A DNA stretch of 64,000 bases from Antedon mediterranea (lineage: Eukaryota > Animalia > Echinodermata): contig NC_092675.1 of NCBI RefSeq assembly GCF_964355755.1, positions 19,750,912 to 19,814,911 of the forward strand. Direction: 5' to 3'. Each line of letters starts with the position of its first letter. The first letter of the stretch is position 1. A program made the position numbers and the translations under genes. This document shows, one piece after another, positions 61,854 to 64,000 of this stretch. The notes beneath the pieces were generated by a model. That model had not been told where the DNA came from. It saw only the letters and a list, made by a program, of their open reading frames with translations, and did no database searches.

Positions 61854-63400
61854 CTGAAAAAAATTATATTTAACAAAAATAGGATCTGGATCAGAATCCA
61901 TAAAATATAGGAGAGGTGACATCTTACAAGTACCATGCATTTTTACAAATAAAATGTGATATGAAATTCGGATGATGCATGCTACATAGCTTAATGTGCA
62001 TATAATTGAAAACTATCTAACAATACAAGGTACAGATTTGAACCTTGCACAGAAAAAACCTGGTGATGTACCGACCAACATGCCATGAAAAATCTGAAAG
62101 AAAACTAACTTGTTAGTTTTTATTCTGGAAAAAAAAAACACGTCTAAATTGAATTTATAAATAGAGCCTAAACGGCTTGGGGTTAATTTGCGGGAAAAAC
62201 GAGCATCAATGATTCTGCGTGCTGCCCGATAATACCGTGCAAATACTACATAAAACCTGCTTAAACAATCATAACAACATTTCTGAAGAAAATATAATTA
62301 AACAATTTATCTAATAACTACCAGTATATAACACATCTTAATTTTACAAAAACAAATAGGTATACTATATAAATACAGTAAAGTAAAGAGAACACAAACA
62401 AGAATATTATGTAATTTATTTTTAAAATACATACAAAAAAACAATATTTTTAAAAGGAATTAAATACAAACGGTTTTTAATTTCTAGTATAGGTAGAATT
62501 TCTAAGGATAGACCTTCTGGCAATCATATTCATACATAAAAAGGGTTGAAATCTACTTATTTTACTTTTTAAAAGTTAAAAATATAGCTGTGTGATTGGG
62601 TAATAGCAATGAAATTATCAATTATTTAAAAAGTATTCATAATAAAAAAATAAAGGTTATAAAAGTGAGTTTGCGGTGTAAATAATTATTCTACTCTTCA
62701 TGGTCTTTTCCCCAAAAGAACAAGGTGTTTGGATCCAAATTTCAATCAACAATCAAATTAAACTTCATTTTGAAGATATTTAAAATACAACATCATGCAG
62801 CAAAAAACACAAAAAAAACAATGATGTCCAACCATTAATGATATTCAAACCAGCCCTCTGACTGGGACTGAGTTTCATATCATTTTCATTTATTTTTTTA
62901 TTTGGTAGTGATCAATTGATATATTTATTTAGGTTAAATTAATTAACAATCGATTAAATACAGAAAAAAAAAATTAGCTGTTGTTATGTATGTTAAGTGC
63001 ATGATAATTAAAAATATTCTGATAAAAAACTGAAACCATATTCCAAGATTGTTGCATGCGCCAATGTGCTATTCTTAACTTGCTGCAGAAAATATACAAA
63101 AAGTGACAAACCTCGTCCCATTCAAATGATGGAAGACAATGAGAGAAACAATTTTTTCCAGGATGGACTCAAAATCATGATACCAGTATAACAAACAAGC
63201 AACAATGTTATTGTTTCCATAAAATAAATTAAAAAAACTTTTGCTGATCTTAAAATTAGTGTACGGTACAAAATAAAAGTTTTTATGGTAAAGTAGATTA
63301 AAACAGAATTATCAAATACAAATTTTGATGTTCTTAAATTTTAACGACGAACAATTCATACATGCCAATATGATTGATAAAAGTGCACCATTTTATTCAC

Positions 63401-63611
63401 CGCTGACCACCTGACCAGCATGCACCGCAGCAAGCAATGAAGTAAAACCATTTTGTCAATAGTCTGGACTTGCCTGATGCTGCCGAAAAGCTCACATCCA
63501 TTGGAATATGTGAAAGTACTCCGTACCTATATCTTTTCCCGGCAGAGGCGTGACTGCGACCATTTTGTTTATATATACGATCATTTTTTTCTACAGCTTT
63601 TTGTGGCGAAG
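63401..63611 (-). CDS. slo: Candidate slo linker exon with several alternative 5' splice donors
   Basis: Strong acceptor cttcttttctttag|. The phase-1 frame is open for about 70 codons in a GC-richer island. Possible donors are gtacgg, gtgagc, gcaagt, gtcagc and gtgaat. Confidence 0.5.
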
Positions 63612-64000
63612 CTAAAGAAAAGAAGCCACATGATAAAGATGCAACAATAAAGGAGTTTGTATGCTACTTAGTCTGTAAGCGAGAGGTCGAAAGTTTGAAT
63701 CCTACCAGATTTACTTTTCTAAAGATTTTGAGATCAAGAAAATTATTTTATAATCAAGAAAATTATTTTATAATCTGTTATATAGTTAGTTTTATAAATA
63801 TAAAAATATTTTTATAATGAATATGGTTATAAATTTAACTTTCGGTTTTAAAAAGAATAAAATGCGCTCTGCTTTTAAAATGTGTCAGTTATATAATTGT
63901 ATAAAGTAAAAGTTTTTAAAAGTAAATATATTTTTATAATGGTAAGAACATTTGCAAAAGAACCCTATTGGTTGAAAAGCAAAATTGTTAAAAGTATAGT

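Overview
AT-rich, intron-containing animal DNA. It is probably a marine invertebrate; echinoderm-like is only an impression. No prokaryotic features are present. There are four blocks. (1) 1-35977: a near-identical tandem array (units of 8191, 8516, 8206 and 8208 bp) holding five copies (the first 5'-truncated by the window) of a 6-exon, 443-aa secreted protein gene. Its domains are signal peptide, F-type lectin with a degenerate fucose motif, LamG/pentraxin-like, and PAN/apple-like. Spacers are mosaics of MITEs, LINE remnants and Helentron-like elements. (2) 36483-41114 (-): an 8-exon, 858-aa gene that joins an N-terminal domain resembling the GARIN/FAM71 (DUF3699) Rab2-binding domain to a CDC25-type RasGEF domain. 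(3) About 41770-46080: a higher-order satellite built from palindromic subunits, interrupted by a 5'-truncated RT-encoding LINE. (4) 50745 to the window end (-): the 3' half of a slo/KCNMA1 BK channel gene with an intact Ca2+ bowl and several candidate alternative segments (a STREX-like ACCxxC extension, a 9-nt micro-exon, a polybasic cassette and an acidic extension). All gene models were spliced by hand from GT/AG sites with phase checks. No database searches were run.
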